Positions 62,965 to 64,000 of a stretch of DNA of 64,000 nucleotides are shown piece by piece (position 1 is the first letter of the stretch; the number at the start of each line of letters is the position of its first letter). The notes under the pieces are model-generated. The model did not search any database and was not told the origin of the DNA. It was given only the letters and a program-made list of their open reading frames with translations. The stretch comes from an uncultured Pelagibacteraceae bacterium. GTDB taxonomy: Bacteria > Pseudomonadota > Alphaproteobacteria > Pelagibacterales > Pelagibacteraceae. Position numbers and translations under genes: made by a program. The stretch spans positions 8,900 through 72,899 of the forward strand of contig CACCPC010000003.1 in NCBI GenBank assembly GCA_902547785.1, in the 5' to 3' direction.

Positions 62965-63237
62965 ATGCTCAATACTTTAGAAAGCTTATTTAATCTTGCA
63001 AGAGAACGGAAAAAAACTCCAGTAGATGGGTCTTACACTAATAAATTACTTAGTGATAAATCTTTGAGTAAGGAAAAGATCCTAGAAGAAATTAATGAAC
63101 TTATTGAGGCAGTAGAAAAAAATTCAAATAAAATTCATGAAGCAGCTGATGTTTTTTATCATTTGATAATGTATCTAGAAGCAAATGATGTGAAAATTGA
63201 GGATGTAATGGAAGAACTCAATAAAAGAAAAAAATGA
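62965..63237 (+). CDS. hisE: Phosphoribosyl-ATP pyrophosphatase (start moved from 62866 to 62965)
   Basis: SYT..L, K..EE..E, EAAD..YHL, V..EL..R; ATG lies 1 nt after the hisF stop. Confidence 0.94.
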   Translation: MLNTLESLFNLARERKKTPVDGSYTNKLLSDKSLSKEKILEEINELIEAVEKNSNKIHEAADVFYHLIMYLEANDVKIEDVMEELNKRKK

Positions 63238-63599
63238 GTTACGATGATAATAACATTTTTGCTAAAATCTTAAGAGGGGAAATTCCTTGCAAAAAGATTT
63301 ATGAGGATGATCACGTTTTGTCATTTCACGATATTAATCCACAAAAAAAAATTCATGCGCTGGTCATACCGAAAGGAAAATATATTGACCTTGATGATTT
63401 TAGTCAAAACGCCTCCTCAGAGGAAATGGTGGGTTTATTAAAGGGTATTAATCTTGTTGCAAAAAAACTTGGTATATCAGTAGACGGCGGTAAAGGTTAT
63501 CGTGCTTTAGCTAATATATCTGAACATGGTGGTCAAGAAGTGCCTCATTTACATTTTCACCTATTTGGAGGTGAAAAAGTTGGAAAGATGGTGGAGTGA
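63234..63599 (+). CDS. hinT: Histidine triad nucleotide-binding protein
   Basis: NIFAKILRGEIP, F.DI.P, H.LVIPK, GQEVPHLHFH. Confidence 0.95.
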   Translation: MSYDDNNIFAKILRGEIPCKKIYEDDHVLSFHDINPQKKIHALVIPKGKYIDLDDFSQNASSEEMVGLLKGINLVAKKLGISVDGGKGYRALANISEHGGQEVPHLHFHLFGGEKVGKMVE

Positions 63600-64000
63600 G
63601 TACTAAAGTTGAAAGAAATTATTTAGAAATCAATTCACTTAAAGACTTAAAAAAATCTAAATTTTCTCCAGATGACTGTTTAATCGATCTTAGTGATCCA
63701 GCTGATTTTCAAATAAATAAGTTTTTTTATAAAAGTATTGGTAAAGAACATCGATGGACAGATCGATTAGTTTGGACAGATAAACAATGGATCGAATATA
63801 TTTCTGATCAAAAGGTAAAAACTTATATTCTTAAAAAAGCTAATGATATGGCTGGATATTTTGAACTTATTTTCCATGAGGAAAAAAAGGAGACAGAAAT
63901 TGCTTATCTTGGTTTACTCAAAGAATATCAAAATAAAAAATTAGGCTCTTTCCTTTTAACATCGGCTATAAAAAATTCTTTTTCTGAAAATACTAATAGA
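63596..64000 (+). CDS. GNAT-family acetyltransferase, 5' part (runs off the window)
   Basis: GTG overlapping the hinT stop; open frame reads ...FFYKSIGKEHRWTDRL.W...GYFELI...EIAYLGLLKEYQNKKLGSFLL (acetyl-CoA motif A). Confidence 0.82.
   Translation, partial: MSTKVERNYLEINSLKDLKKSKFSPDDCLIDLSDPADFQINKFFYKSIGKEHRWTDRLVWTDKQWIEYISDQKVKTYILKKANDMAGYFELIFHEEKKETEIAYLGLLKEYQNKKLGSFLLTSAIKNSFSENTNR

Noticed and set aside
1-64000. tRNA, rRNA, CRISPR array, IS element, integrase or prophage
   Set aside because: No intergenic space with cloverleaf or repeat-spacer structure, and no recombinase or phage-like ORFs recognised by eye. tRNAscan and Infernal were not run.

Overview
AT-rich, very gene-dense core-chromosome segment of an alphaproteobacterium. 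The compaction, gene order and protein sequences point to Candidatus Pelagibacter/SAR11 (inference). The window spans the probable replication origin (hemE / ppsR-maf-aroE-coaE-dnaQ intergenic region, 51613-51895), with a parS site inside rsmG next to parAB. It carries housekeeping operons: fabI; nusA-infB-rbfA-rpsO-pnp; fur-miaB-phoH-ybeY-lnt-metK; murJ-trpS; maeB; grpE-dnaK-dnaJ; leuS-lptE-holA; mnmE-mnmG-rsmG-parAB; hemE-hemH-hemJ-rho; hslVU; hisBHAFE-hinT. I saw no rRNA, tRNA, CRISPR array, transposase or integrase. Accessory-looking items interrupt this backbone: (1) a C-type-lectin autotransporter between pnp and fabI; (2) two paralogous stand-alone PAPS-type sulfotransferases; (3) a translationally coupled two-gene cassette between hisH and hisA, encoding a glycine-zipper membrane protein and a DUF413/MaoP-like protein, which is the best candidate for an undescribed system. 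Other notable signals are a CenR-like regulator with an eroded receiver domain, a rimP-leader-like attenuator kept although rimP is missing, an unusual purine-rich repetitive pnp leader, likely leaderless promoters and head-to-head overlapping genes. All family calls are by motif recognition and synteny; no database searches were run.
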